Below, one piece after another: positions 27,159 to 37,599 of a DNA stretch of 64,000 nucleotides. The notes under the pieces are model-generated. The model worked only from the letters and a program-made list of their open reading frames with translations. It did no database searches and was not told the origin of the DNA. Every line of letters starts with the position of its first letter. Positions within the stretch are counted from its first letter, which is position 1. Made by a program: the position numbers and the translations under genes. Source of the stretch: Obrimoposthia wandeli (taxonomy: Eukaryota); assembly GCA_977020255.1 (NCBI GenBank), contig CDROCS010002866.1, positions 1 to 64,000 on the forward strand, in the 5' to 3' direction.

Positions 27159-28019
27159 CTAGGTTTTTTCGCCTTTTTGTAATACCACACTCAGTAAAGC
27201 CAATATACAAGAGCCGACAATGAGGAAGAATGATACTGCGTTGAGCACAGGAGTTGAGCCTACTTTGGCCATTCGGTCATACATGGTAATGGTTAAAGGC
27301 GCATCTGAGCCAACTAACATCAATGTTGTATTGAAATTTTCAAAAGAAATTAGAAATGCCACTATCCCTGCACCTATTAACGCTGGGCGTAAAAAAGGCA
27401 GTGTTACAGTGCGCAGAATACGGGTTCTATTGGCACCTAAATTAAGTGCCGCTTCCTCCAATTGAATATCAAATTTCTTGAGCCTAGCGCCGATTACTAA
27501 GGTAGTGATGGTAGTCAAAAATGAGAATTGACCTAAAATCACTAACACTAACCCTGGGCGCAAAAATTCTAAATCCCAATTCCAATTATCTTCAAAGCTA
27601 TTGGCTATATCACTGGCAAATACTAAAATTGAGATGCCTAAAATAACACCCGGTATCACTAACGGCACCACCATTAAAATGTAACACAAGCCTTTAAAAG
27701 GAAACTCTTTGCGCTCAAATAAGAAAGCATTACACGTGCCTACCACAATCGACATGATCGAGACAATTAAGGCTATCCAAAATGAAATCATTAAACCTTT
27801 AAGTAAACGCCTGTCGTGAAACATGCCTAACTTAGGTTCAGTATCGTTGAAAAACCAATCGAGCGTAAAACCTTGCCAAGGTAACGCTGGAAACAACGAA
27901 TCATTAAAGGCGAACATACTGGCCGCCAATAACGGCGCTGCCAAATAGATAAAAAACACCACGACATAAGCCGTGTAGCAATTGCGTAGTACTCGAGCTT
28001 GATTAAAACTAGGGCTCAT
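27159..28019 (-). CDS. Polyamine/amine ABC transporter permease (PotC-like)
   Basis: EEAALNLGA EAA loop, FLISFENF. Confidence 0.9.
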   Translation of the reverse strand: MSPSFNQARVLRNCYTAYVVVFFIYLAAPLLAASMFAFNDSLFPALPWQGFTLDWFFNDTEPKLGMFHDRRLLKGLMISFWIALIVSIMSIVVGTCNAFLFERKEFPFKGLCYILMVVPLVIPGVILGISILVFASDIANSFEDNWNWDLEFLRPGLVLVILGQFSFLTTITTLVIGARLKKFDIQLEEAALNLGANRTRILRTVTLPFLRPALIGAGIVAFLISFENFNTTLMLVGSDAPLTITMYDRMAKVGSTPVLNAVSFFLIVGSCILALLSVVLQKGEKT

Positions 28020-28024
28020 CTTTT

Positions 28025-28891
28025 CTACCTCTTAGCAACGGTGGATGATAAAGTTTGGCCGGTTAAGCGCAATCCTGCCCAAACGGTAACCGAGGTAAAG
28101 AACAGCAGTAACACCCCAAAAGCAGCGCCAACTTCCCAATTAAAATGGGTGATGAACTTATCGTAGATTTGCTCGGTAAACCACTGGCTGTTTTTTCCAC
28201 CTAGTAATATAGGGGTTAAATAACTGCCTGCTGTCAACATGAAGACCACGATGCAGCCTGTCACAATACCTGGCATTGCATAGGGGATGATGATACGTCT
28301 GAGTACCGTAAAACGGCTGCCACCTAAGTTAAAGCCCGCCTCTACTAGGCTATCATCCATACCTTCAAGTGTGGTTACTAGCGGCACTATCATAAAGAGC
28401 ATCACGGTATACACTAAGCCAACGATGACGGTGATATCGTTGTAAAGCAGCTCTATTGGCCCGTCTATCAAGCCGATATTTTGCAACCAAGATGAGATTA
28501 TTCCAGTTTCTCGCAGTAGTACTATCCAGCCAAATGAGCGTACTAAATCGCTTACCCACAGTGGAATTAAGCAGAGTAAAAACAGTCCTGCTTTAACTCT
28601 TTTTCTGGCTAGTTTGGCGATGTAAAAAGCGATCGGAAAGCCAATGATCAAGGTTAGAAAAGTAACAAAAATTGACATCACGGCGGTGCGTAATAAAGTG
28701 TTCCAATAGATAGGTTCAAGAAAGAACTCTAAGTAATTACCAAAGCCAAATTGGTACTTGGCTACCCCTACTTTTTCCTGCAGTGATAACATTAAAATGC
28801 CAATGTGCGGCAGTATTATTAAGCAGATTATCCAAAGGAAAAAAGGTGCTAGCAGCAAAATCAAAGCTAAACGTTTGCTATCTGTATTCAT
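28025..28891 (-). CDS. Polyamine/amine ABC transporter permease (PotB-like)
   Basis: PLWVSDLVRSFGW, LVEAGFNLGG. Confidence 0.9.
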   Translation of the reverse strand: MNTDSKRLALILLLAPFFLWIICLIILPHIGILMLSLQEKVGVAKYQFGFGNYLEFFLEPIYWNTLLRTAVMSIFVTFLTLIIGFPIAFYIAKLARKRVKAGLFLLCLIPLWVSDLVRSFGWIVLLRETGIISSWLQNIGLIDGPIELLYNDITVIVGLVYTVMLFMIVPLVTTLEGMDDSLVEAGFNLGGSRFTVLRRIIIPYAMPGIVTGCIVVFMLTAGSYLTPILLGGKNSQWFTEQIYDKFITHFNWEVGAAFGVLLLFFTSVTVWAGLRLTGQTLSSTVAKR

Positions 28892-28953
28892 AATATGTAT
28901 CCATCTTAACTTTTTAAAGAGGGAAGTCATCCCACGCGCTTTACTCGCTTCTC

Positions 28954-30054
28954 TTATCGATGAGCGAAGCAAAGGCTTTGAGATTGAGCCCAGCTAATCG
29001 AAATAGCTGCACCCGCTGACAAAGCACTAGTTTCACCGCGCTGGGGAAGGTCAACTTCGATACGCTCACCACTGGCTGTACGGGTAAGAATACGACTATT
29101 AGCGCCATTGAATAACACGCTTTCTACAGTAACTTGCAGGTGGTTGTTAGCACTGGCATTCATATCTGTTGCACCTTTTAAATGGATTGCTATCGCTTCT
29201 GGTCGTACGAATACATTTACTTTTTCACCTGAACTAAATGTGTTATCTAAGGCACTTTTACAATGAATCATTAGCCCTGAATCCGATTTAACGATTAACT
29301 GCTTGTCACTCACTTGTTGTACCCTGCCACTCCAACGGTTATTGTCACCAACAAAGCTGGCGACAAAGTCGGTTTGTGGATTATGGTAGAGCTCTTGTGG
29401 CGTGCCGACTTGTTCAAAGACACCATCTTTCATGACCGCAACATGATCAGACATCACCAACGCTTCTGATTGATCGTGAGTGATGTAAACAAAGGTAGTA
29501 TCAAACTGATGCTGTAAGGTTTTCAGTTCGACCTTCATGTGCTCACGCAATTTAAGATCTAGTGCACCTAATGGTTCATCTAGTAGCAACACATCAGGAT
29601 CTAACACCATACATCTAGCTATCGCGATGCGTTGGCGCTGGCCACCAGAGAGTTGGTCTACTTGCTTGCTACCACTACCGGGTAAGCCGATACGCTCTAA
29701 AATCTCGCCTACTTTTTGTTTTATTTCATTTTTGCCAGCACCACGGCACTCAAGCCCGTAAGCTATATTTTGCTCAACGTTCATCATCGGGAACAACGCT
29801 AAATGTTGAAACACCATTTTTACGTTGCGCTTATTCGGTGGCAGAGCAACCACTGATTTACCTTTGATACAAATATCCCCTTGAGTAGGATATTCAAAAC
29901 CTGCAATCATGCGCATTAAGGTGGTTTTGCCACAGCCTGATGGGCCGAGAATAGAGAAAAACGAACCACTTGGGATATCGAATGACACATCGTTCACGGC
30001 CTTAAAAGAGCCGAATTTTTTACTGATATTAGCGACGGTTAAATCGTATTGCAT
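28954..30054 (-). CDS. ABC transporter ATP-binding protein (PotA-like, TOBE domain)
   Basis: GPSGCGKT, LSGGQ, LLLDE, VRPE. Confidence 0.93.
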   Translation of the reverse strand: MQYDLTVANISKKFGSFKAVNDVSFDIPSGSFFSILGPSGCGKTTLMRMIAGFEYPTQGDICIKGKSVVALPPNKRNVKMVFQHLALFPMMNVEQNIAYGLECRGAGKNEIKQKVGEILERIGLPGSGSKQVDQLSGGQRQRIAIARCMVLDPDVLLLDEPLGALDLKLREHMKVELKTLQHQFDTTFVYITHDQSEALVMSDHVAVMKDGVFEQVGTPQELYHNPQTDFVASFVGDNNRWSGRVQQVSDKQLIVKSDSGLMIHCKSALDNTFSSGEKVNVFVRPEAIAIHLKGATDMNASANNHLQVTVESVLFNGANSRILTRTASGERIEVDLPQRGETSALSAGAAISISWAQSQSLCFAHR

Positions 30055-30156
30055 AACATGATCTCGTGGTAAGACTGCGAAAGTAATATGGCTTGTTGAA
30101 TGGCAGCTATGGTTGTTTTAAAAGGTAGCTTTGGGTTAACTGGCTTTAAAAGCGAC

Positions 30157-30207
30157 TATCTATAAATGGTTATCTATAAATGAATATCTATAAATGAATA
30201 TCTATTA
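30157..30207. repeat. 14-bp tandem repeat TATCTATAAATG(AA/GT) x~3.5
   Basis: Read directly from sequence. Confidence 0.85.
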
Positions 30208-30421
30208 GTGGCCATTGTTAGTAGCGATGAATCATTGACCACCAATCCAGCGGTGAATAACCTGTCGCTTCATATCGTGACGAACAGCACCTATACAATT
30301 ATCATCGCTAAATAGACACTGCTTAAGTACTTTGTTCAACATCAACTTAAGCAGTTATTTAAACTAACTAGTGACATTATGAGTACTAGGTATTACGCCT
30401 AGTACTCATAACTGAAATCGG

Positions 30422-31534
30422 CTAGTTGGAAGTAGCGGCCTTAATTCTTTCAAGCGCCTTACCTTCCATATCTTCGATACCGGCAGGAATATTGGCAAAG
30501 AACTTTAAGTTTTTAATATCTTGCTCACTAAAAGCGGCTTTTAAAGCCTTTTGCTTGTTCTCTGGCATCAAATCAATACCGCCCGCCACTGCGGCCACGG
30601 CACCTGTACTAGCTGACATAAGCGGAATGATCTCTTTAGACATCACAAAGTTAATCCACTTATAAGCGGCATCATCTGCCTTACCTTTACGTGGCAGAGT
30701 GAAAGTATCTATCCACGCGAGTGCGCCGGTTACTGGTGGTACAAAGACGATGTTTGGGTTTTGATCATAGAGCTTAAAGGCCGTTGAGTCCCATGTTTCA
30801 GAGCCGACAATTTCGCCTGAGAGCATCATTGCAGATAGATCATCGCCCCCTTTCCAGTAAGCTTTTATATTGCTTTTACAGGCAATTAACTTCTCACTGA
30901 CTTTGTCTAGAATGGTTTGATATTTAGGCAAATCACTATAAGCGGCGAATGGATCATCACCCATATCAAACGCCATGCCTAATAACAAAGTACGCTTCAA
31001 ACGCATCGACGTTTTACCCTTGTATTGTGGATCACAAAGGTCACCCCAAGCTTTTAAATTTGGCGCTTTGGTTTTATCGACCATTAAGCCTGAAGTGCCC
31101 CACTGGTGAGGTACAGAGTAAACATTGCCCTCAATAGTCGTATTGGCTGTTACCCCGTCTAGTAAGGTTTTATCAACATTTTCTAGGTTAATCTTAGTCA
31201 AATCAATCGGCTTATAAATATTATATTCCAACTGTGCCGAGTGGATTCTATCGTGGCTAGGTTGGGCTAGATCAAAGCCAGCGCCACGGGTTGCGCGTAG
31301 CTTTGAAATCATTTCTTCGTTGTTTGAAAAAGTCACCGCTACTTTAATGTCAGGATACTTTTCCTCAAACATGGTTATTACTTTTTCCGGCGCGTAACTT
31401 CCCCAAGTTAATAAACGTAAAGTGGTTTCAGCGCTAACGCTGAGAGAAGTAAGCATGACAGCACTCGAGACGGCTGCGATTAACATCTTCTTGGAATTTG
31501 ACTTTTTGCTGTTCAACTCTTTGCTAGTTAACAT
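30422..31534 (-). CDS. Periplasmic binding protein (PotD/PotF-like)
   Basis: Signal peptide, LLTWGSY, SNNEEM, PHQWG, AWIDTF. Confidence 0.88.
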   Translation of the reverse strand: MLTSKELNSKKSNSKKMLIAAVSSAVMLTSLSVSAETTLRLLTWGSYAPEKVITMFEEKYPDIKVAVTFSNNEEMISKLRATRGAGFDLAQPSHDRIHSAQLEYNIYKPIDLTKINLENVDKTLLDGVTANTTIEGNVYSVPHQWGTSGLMVDKTKAPNLKAWGDLCDPQYKGKTSMRLKRTLLLGMAFDMGDDPFAAYSDLPKYQTILDKVSEKLIACKSNIKAYWKGGDDLSAMMLSGEIVGSETWDSTAFKLYDQNPNIVFVPPVTGALAWIDTFTLPRKGKADDAAYKWINFVMSKEIIPLMSASTGAVAAVAGGIDLMPENKQKALKAAFSEQDIKNLKFFANIPAGIEDMEGKALERIKAATSN

Positions 31535-31610
31535 TGGATATTCTCCCTGTTATTGTTATTTTTTCAAAAGTAAGCGAAATCAACAGTAGGATAATTTTGG
31601 TGTTAAAAAA

Positions 31611-31644
31611 ATAACCAGTTAGCTTGAATTGATAATACCAATTT
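31611..31644 (-). promoter_or_regulatory. MocR-type operator upstream of the transporter operon
   Basis: AAATTGGTAT-N14-AACTGGTTAT; same layout as 33414-33447. Confidence 0.6.
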
Positions 31645-31801
31645 CGAAAGATAGCTTATGATTAACTCCCTATTTTTTATTTAATTTCGCTGTCGATCAC
31701 TCTATGAAGTCAGTGCCATTACTTAGCTCAAGCTACCAGCTACTCTTTGATTTATTCAACAAGTGGAATATTAGTTGTATTTTAGTCAATCTTTTTTAAT
31801 T

Positions 31802-33364
31802 CTAAACTTGCTTTAATGGCGCTTCTCGCTGAAACACTGTTGCTAATTTTTTAATTGAAATGTCAATCTGTTCAGGTGTAATGCAACCAAACCCTAACGC
31901 AATTCCTTTCTCAGTTACTGCTTCACAGCAATAATTATTGAGTTGACGCACCAATATATTTTCTAGTAACGCACTATCTGCAATCCCTTGTTCAGTGTGG
32001 AATTGTTTAAATAGTGCTAACAAATGAAAGCCAGTACTGGTGGGTATTGGCGCTAAATATTCATTCAAATCCCGTTCAATCGCGTGAGTAATTGCTTGAT
32101 AACGCTCTAAATACAATTTTTTACTGCGCCGAATATGCGTGGCAAAATGTCCCGCTTTAATGAACTCCGCCAGTGCTGCTTGAATGGGCAGCGGCACTGC
32201 AGGCAAGAAGCTATTGATCGCGTTATCGATACTATCAACTAAATGTTTTGGCACGACAAAATAGCCTAGTCGCAAGGCTGGAAATATAGTTTTACTGAAC
32301 GTTCCCACGGTGATCACGCGCTGTGCTTGAGAGAGCGAAAATAGAGTGGGTAAAGGTTCATGATGATAAAAAAGCTCTCCGTCGTAATCATCCTCTATCA
32401 CCCAAGCATTCGCTTGATCGGCGGCTTTAAGTAGCGCTAAGCGCCTCGCTAAACTTAACAACACACCACGCGGCTGCTGATGAGAGGGAGTGACAGTCGC
32501 TACTTTGAAATCGGGTGATAGCTTTTGTGCCGATTCAACATCGAATCCTTCATTGTCTACTGGCACGGGAATCAACACAGGCTCACTTTGTAGTAGCCCG
32601 TTGCGCGCAACTCGAGACCCTGGGTTTTCAATCCATACTTTATCACCCGGGTCGATGAGTAGCTGCGCTAAAAAACTAAAAGCTTGATGGGCACCACTGG
32701 TGATATAAATTTGCTCAGCATCACAAACCATACCGCGATCTGCGTGTAAATGGCTGGAAATTGCTTGGCGCAATGCATGTGAACCTTTACTAGAATTATA
32801 GCGAGTGAGGTTCGGCAGGCGGGAGTGTTTCGCCACCAGCCTAGCCCATACTGGTAGTGGAAAAGCATCGATGGCCGGAATCGCAGTAGAAAAAGATTGC
32901 TGTACACTATGCGAAATTGGCATTGGTAGCTGCTGCGCTTTTTTTAAAAAAGATTGCGATACTTTTGGTCTTTGTAAGGCAGAAGATGATCTTAACTCTG
33001 CTGAAGTTCCCGCAATCGATTGGCCTGAATCAAAAACCTCGCTATTTTTTTTTGACTTGCGCCTTGCCGACTTTAGTAGTTGCTGTTGTTGATAAAAAAC
33101 ATCTTTAACAAAGCTACCTGAGCCCGTTTTTGACTCAACCAGCCCTTCGCTGATTAAGCGATCAAAAACATTAATGACCGTCGTTCGAGATATTTCTAAC
33201 TCAAGTGCCAGCACCCTTGATGCAGGCAAGCGCTCTTCTCCGGCTAAGCTGCCGTTTAAGATCATATCTCGCAGTTTACTATACAGCTGATACTGCAAAC
33301 TTTGGCTTTTGGTTTTCTTAAGCTTAATCGAACTTAATAAAGAGCCTCCCTTACTTTTTGCCAT
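31802..33364 (-). CDS. MocR/GabR family PLP-dependent regulator (GntR HTH plus aminotransferase domain)
   Basis: LPASRVLA...SRTTV HTH; TPSHQ, IEDDYDGE, GTFSK, LRLGY. Confidence 0.93.
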   Translation of the reverse strand: MAKSKGGSLLSSIKLKKTKSQSLQYQLYSKLRDMILNGSLAGEERLPASRVLALELEISRTTVINVFDRLISEGLVESKTGSGSFVKDVFYQQQQLLKSARRKSKKNSEVFDSGQSIAGTSAELRSSSALQRPKVSQSFLKKAQQLPMPISHSVQQSFSTAIPAIDAFPLPVWARLVAKHSRLPNLTRYNSSKGSHALRQAISSHLHADRGMVCDAEQIYITSGAHQAFSFLAQLLIDPGDKVWIENPGSRVARNGLLQSEPVLIPVPVDNEGFDVESAQKLSPDFKVATVTPSHQQPRGVLLSLARRLALLKAADQANAWVIEDDYDGELFYHHEPLPTLFSLSQAQRVITVGTFSKTIFPALRLGYFVVPKHLVDSIDNAINSFLPAVPLPIQAALAEFIKAGHFATHIRRSKKLYLERYQAITHAIERDLNEYLAPIPTSTGFHLLALFKQFHTEQGIADSALLENILVRQLNNYCCEAVTEKGIALGFGCITPEQIDISIKKLATVFQREAPLKQV

Positions 33365-33413
33365 ATTTACTCTCTCTCAATGTGAAAACAGCGAGTTATT
33401 TTAACCCAACCCT

Positions 33414-33464
33414 AAATTGGTATGATAAACAGCATCTAAATGGCTATTTCTATAATTCCAATTT
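33414..33464 (+). promoter_or_regulatory. MocR-type operator upstream of the catabolic operon
   Basis: AAATTGGTAT-N14-AAATGGCTAT plus inverted TCCAATTT. Confidence 0.6.
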
Positions 33465-33509
33465 AACTACATTATTCACGAAATTGTCACTATATCAAGG
33501 AGTGAATAA

Positions 33510-34622
33510 ATGAAAATTGCGAAGATAGAAACATTTACAACCGTAGATATGGGCCTCGTTAGAGTCACTACCGACACGGGTCACCAAGGTTGGGGACAAG
33601 TCTCTACCTACCATTCTGACATCAGCTGCACCATCTTACATCGCCAAGTAGCTCCTTGGGTTTTAGGCCGTGATATCAGTGATTTAACGAAGATTGGCGA
33701 TGTATTTGATGTGGTATTTGAGCGCGAGCATAAATTTCCGGGCTCTTATGTGTGTCGCGCCGTAGGCGGTGTGGATACGGCTATTTGGGATTTACACGGC
33801 AAGCTTGAAAACAAATCAGTCTGTGAGCTACTTGGCGGTACGCCTAAGCCAATTAGAGTGTATGCCTCAAGTATGAAGCGTGACATAACCGGCCAGCAAG
33901 AAGCTGATCGCTTTGCAAGATTACGTGATATTCACGGTTATGATGCGTTTAAATTTCGCATCGGCGCTGAATGTGGCCGCAATCAAGATGAATGGCCGGG
34001 ACGCACAGAAGAGATCGTACAAGCTGTTCGCAAAACGTTAGGCGATGATGTTGATCTACTGGTTGATGGCAACAGCTGCTATCGACCTGAAACAGCGATA
34101 GAAGTAGGCAAGCTATTAGAAGATAACGGTATAAATCATTTTGAAGAGCCCTGCCCTTATTGGGAATACGAGTGGACGAAACAAGTCACTGACTCACTGA
34201 CTCTAGATGTCACCGGTGGCGAGCAAGATAACAATTTAGCGCTATGGAAAAAAATGATTGATGAAGATACCGTCGACATCTACCAGCCTGATATTTGTTA
34301 CATGGGCGGCATAGAGCGTACTATGCGCGTGGTCGATATGGCGCAAAAAGCCGGTAAAATCATTACCCCGCATGCTGCTAATATGTCATTGGTGACCATC
34401 TTTACGCTGCACTTAATGGGTGCTATTGAAAACGCTGGCCCCTATGTTGAGTTCTCAATTGAAGAAGCCGATTACTATCCATGGCAGTATGGCATTTACG
34501 ATGACTTTCCTGTGGCGAAAGATGGCAAAGTACAAATTCCACAAGGGCCGGGCTGGGGAGTTAATATCCGTGATTCCTGGTTGAATAAAAGCCAGTATCA
34601 ATGCAGCGAATGGGAGCGTTAA
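33510..34622 (+). CDS. Mandelate racemase/muconate lactonizing enzyme family protein
   Basis: FKFRIG, VDGN, FEEP, GGEQ metal ligands, QPD, PH, EF. Confidence 0.9.
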   Translation: MKIAKIETFTTVDMGLVRVTTDTGHQGWGQVSTYHSDISCTILHRQVAPWVLGRDISDLTKIGDVFDVVFEREHKFPGSYVCRAVGGVDTAIWDLHGKLENKSVCELLGGTPKPIRVYASSMKRDITGQQEADRFARLRDIHGYDAFKFRIGAECGRNQDEWPGRTEEIVQAVRKTLGDDVDLLVDGNSCYRPETAIEVGKLLEDNGINHFEEPCPYWEYEWTKQVTDSLTLDVTGGEQDNNLALWKKMIDEDTVDIYQPDICYMGGIERTMRVVDMAQKAGKIITPHAANMSLVTIFTLHLMGAIENAGPYVEFSIEEADYYPWQYGIYDDFPVAKDGKVQIPQGPGWGVNIRDSWLNKSQYQCSEWER

Positions 34623-34624
34623 TT

Positions 34625-36109
34625 ATGTCGACACTTGCGCAACAAGTCCTTGATGGCATACCTTTAAAAGATATTCCTGACACGCATTTTATCGATGGGT
34701 CATACACTGCTAATGCCGATAATAGCCATGAAAAAATCCCCAGCTATGATCCTGGAAGCAGCAAAGTTTGGCATCACATTAGTGCGGGAAAAGCTGCCGA
34801 TGCTGAACAGGCGATTGACAGTGCCCAACAAGCCTTTAGTCAATGGCGAAATACCCCACCTGCCGCACGGGCACAAATTTTACGTGATAGTGCAGGTTTA
34901 ATCGCGCAACACAGCGAAAAACTAGCGGTAGTGGAAGCGCTAGATAGTGGAAAATCGTTAAGCGATGCACAATCTGATATCGGTTCAGTAGAAAAGTATT
35001 TGCATTATTACGCTGGTGCTGCTGACAAATTAGAAGGGCGCACCATTCCGCTAGGGCCTGATTTTCTATCGATGAATTTGATTGAACCCGTCGGTGTTAC
35101 CGCACATATCGTTCCCTGGAATTATCCGATATCGACCATGATGCGCGGCGTAGCACCCGCTTTAGCGGCGGGATGCACCGCGGTGGTTAAACCGGCTGAA
35201 ACGACTTCAGCTAGCGCGTTAATGGTTGCTCAACTAATGCATCAAGCGGGATTGCCATCAGGTGTTTGCAATGTGGTAACCGGTTACGGAAGCGAGCTTG
35301 GTCCAACACTTTGCCAGCATAATGATGTACGCCATATTACGTTTACAGGCTCAGTCGTTACTGGTTCTAAAGTGATGGAGATGGCGGCTAAAAATATCGC
35401 GAGTCTTACTTTAGAGCTCGGAGGTAAGTCCCCCGCTATCGTTTTGGCAGATGCCGATATAGACGCTGCTGCTGAAGATTTTGTGATGGCTATTTACGAG
35501 AATTCTGGGCAGGTATGCTCAGCGGGATCCCGCCTAATTATCGACAGATCTGTACACCAAGAATTTTTAGCTAAGTTTATGAGTAAAGCACGTAAATTAG
35601 TGTTGGGGCATGCTTTGCGCAGCCCAGATATCGGTTCAATTAACAGCATCGCACAGCTTAAAAAAATTAGCGGTTTTGTTGATAACGCCCGTGCGCGCGG
35701 TTTAGATGTCATCATGGGGGGCAACGCCATTGGCGACCCATTGACCGGTGACGGCTGGTTTTATGAGCCGACTATTATTGATGATGTGCAATTAGGTGAT
35801 CCAATTGTTCAGCAAGAAATTTTTGGGCCTGTATTGGCTGTGCAAATCGTTGATAGTGCAGAGCAAGCACTGAGCTTCGCTAACGGCACTGACTTTGGTT
35901 TGGCCGCTTGTGTGTATAGCCGTGATATCAGCCGCGCACTTAAAATGGCTAGGGATTTAGATGCAGGGGTAATTACCGTTAATCAATATTATGCAGGGGG
36001 TGTATCAACACCTTTTGGCGGCAATAAGAAATCGGGCTTTGGTCGCGAAAAAGGCTTAACAGCATTAGAGGCTTACACTAGAGTTAAGAGTTTGACGATT
36101 AAGTTATAA
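34625..36109 (+). CDS. Aldehyde dehydrogenase
   Basis: PWNYP, FTGS, LELGGK, GQVCSAG, EIFGPV. Confidence 0.95.
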   Translation: MSTLAQQVLDGIPLKDIPDTHFIDGSYTANADNSHEKIPSYDPGSSKVWHHISAGKAADAEQAIDSAQQAFSQWRNTPPAARAQILRDSAGLIAQHSEKLAVVEALDSGKSLSDAQSDIGSVEKYLHYYAGAADKLEGRTIPLGPDFLSMNLIEPVGVTAHIVPWNYPISTMMRGVAPALAAGCTAVVKPAETTSASALMVAQLMHQAGLPSGVCNVVTGYGSELGPTLCQHNDVRHITFTGSVVTGSKVMEMAAKNIASLTLELGGKSPAIVLADADIDAAAEDFVMAIYENSGQVCSAGSRLIIDRSVHQEFLAKFMSKARKLVLGHALRSPDIGSINSIAQLKKISGFVDNARARGLDVIMGGNAIGDPLTGDGWFYEPTIIDDVQLGDPIVQQEIFGPVLAVQIVDSAEQALSFANGTDFGLAACVYSRDISRALKMARDLDAGVITVNQYYAGGVSTPFGGNKKSGFGREKGLTALEAYTRVKSLTIKL

Positions 36110-36200
36110 CTAGAAATCATGAGTTGCGAGTTACCGGCTCCATCAGTGTTTTGGCTATTTTTTACTTTAGCCATATATAACTAAAAAAGGCGATTGATAG

Positions 36201-37526
36201 ATGAGCACACTACAGTTAAGTACGGATCCTTGGTGGTGGATGGATGTACCTCGAACGGGTGAATTACCGGTCGATTTACCTAAGTCTGCCGATGTGCTGG
36301 TCGTTGGTTCTGGCTATACCGGTTTGCATGCGGCACTAGTTGCCGCTAGAGCCGGTAAAAGTGTGTTAGTGCTGGACGCCCAAGCGCTAGGGTTTGGTTG
36401 TAGCTCGCGCAACGGCGGGCAAATAAGCCGTAGCGTTAAGCCGACAGTCGATATGTTGACCAAGCGCCACTCTAAAGATTTGGCGCTGCGTATTCATCGC
36501 GAAGGGCAAGCGTCACTTAACTGGATAGAATCGTTTATCACTCAAGAGCAACTCACTTGCGATTTTGCGCGATGTGGCCGCTTTCATGCGGCGCATAACA
36601 GCAGCGCATTAGAGAAATTAAAGCGTTCGCTAGCCTCTGAGTACAGTGAGTTCAAAACAGCTGCACTTTTGGTCGATAGAGCAGATCAGCATCGTTATAT
36701 AGATACCGATGGTTATGTGGGTGGTGCCTTTTTCCCTGAACACGCAAGCCTGCACCCTGCCAAATACCACCAACAATTATTGAGTTTAGTCAATCAAGCC
36801 GGTGCATTAACCTTAGGCTACTGCCCTGTTTTAAAAATCGATGGCGATGGTAGAACAGGTAGCACTTATAAAGTGACTACTAAGCAGGGAACGGTCAGCA
36901 CAGGCCAAGTAGTGATTGCGACTAACGGCTATTCTGATAACGCATTTATCGAAAACAACAATGCATGGCTGCAAAAAAGAGTCATCCCTATTGGCAGTTA
37001 CATGATCGCCACACAAGAGATAGACCCTGACATTCTCAGTCAATTACTACCTAGTCAATGCATCATCAGCGATAGTCGCAAAGTAGTGTATTACTACCGT
37101 AAATCCGCCGATGGTAAACGGGTAATCTTTGGCGGTAGAGTTTCAAGTGCAGAAATTGACCCCGTTGATAGCGCGCCGTTACTAAAAGCAGAGTTAGATC
37201 GCTTGCTGCCCTCCTTGACAGATTTCAAAGTCAGCCATAGCTGGTCGGGGAAAGTTGCTTATACTTTTGATGAGTTACCTCATATTGGTCAACAGCAAGG
37301 TAAGCATTACGCGATGGGATATTGTGGTGCAGGTGTGGGTATGGCCAGTTACTTAGGGATGAAGCTCGGTCATCAAGTTTTAGCCGCCAGTGAAGGCAAA
37401 ACCTTTCAAGATGCCAGTGCTTTTAGTGAAACCAAATTTCAAACGCGGCCTTTATATTCAGGTAATCCTTGGTTCTTAGCACCTTCTGTCGCTTATTATC
37501 GCTTGCGAGATAAGTTCAATATTTAG
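36201..37526 (+). CDS. FAD-dependent oxidoreductase (DadA/PuuB-like amine oxidase)
   Basis: VVGSGYTG, GCSSRNGG, LHPAKY, GYCGAGV. Confidence 0.88.
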   Translation: MSTLQLSTDPWWWMDVPRTGELPVDLPKSADVLVVGSGYTGLHAALVAARAGKSVLVLDAQALGFGCSSRNGGQISRSVKPTVDMLTKRHSKDLALRIHREGQASLNWIESFITQEQLTCDFARCGRFHAAHNSSALEKLKRSLASEYSEFKTAALLVDRADQHRYIDTDGYVGGAFFPEHASLHPAKYHQQLLSLVNQAGALTLGYCPVLKIDGDGRTGSTYKVTTKQGTVSTGQVVIATNGYSDNAFIENNNAWLQKRVIPIGSYMIATQEIDPDILSQLLPSQCIISDSRKVVYYYRKSADGKRVIFGGRVSSAEIDPVDSAPLLKAELDRLLPSLTDFKVSHSWSGKVAYTFDELPHIGQQQGKHYAMGYCGAGVGMASYLGMKLGHQVLAASEGKTFQDASAFSETKFQTRPLYSGNPWFLAPSVAYYRLRDKFNI

Positions 37527-37599
37527 CGGTTAATAGATCCTCTAACCCGTTATTCTTACAACATCACCCTATGTTATAAACTTGCTATTGGAGCTATAA

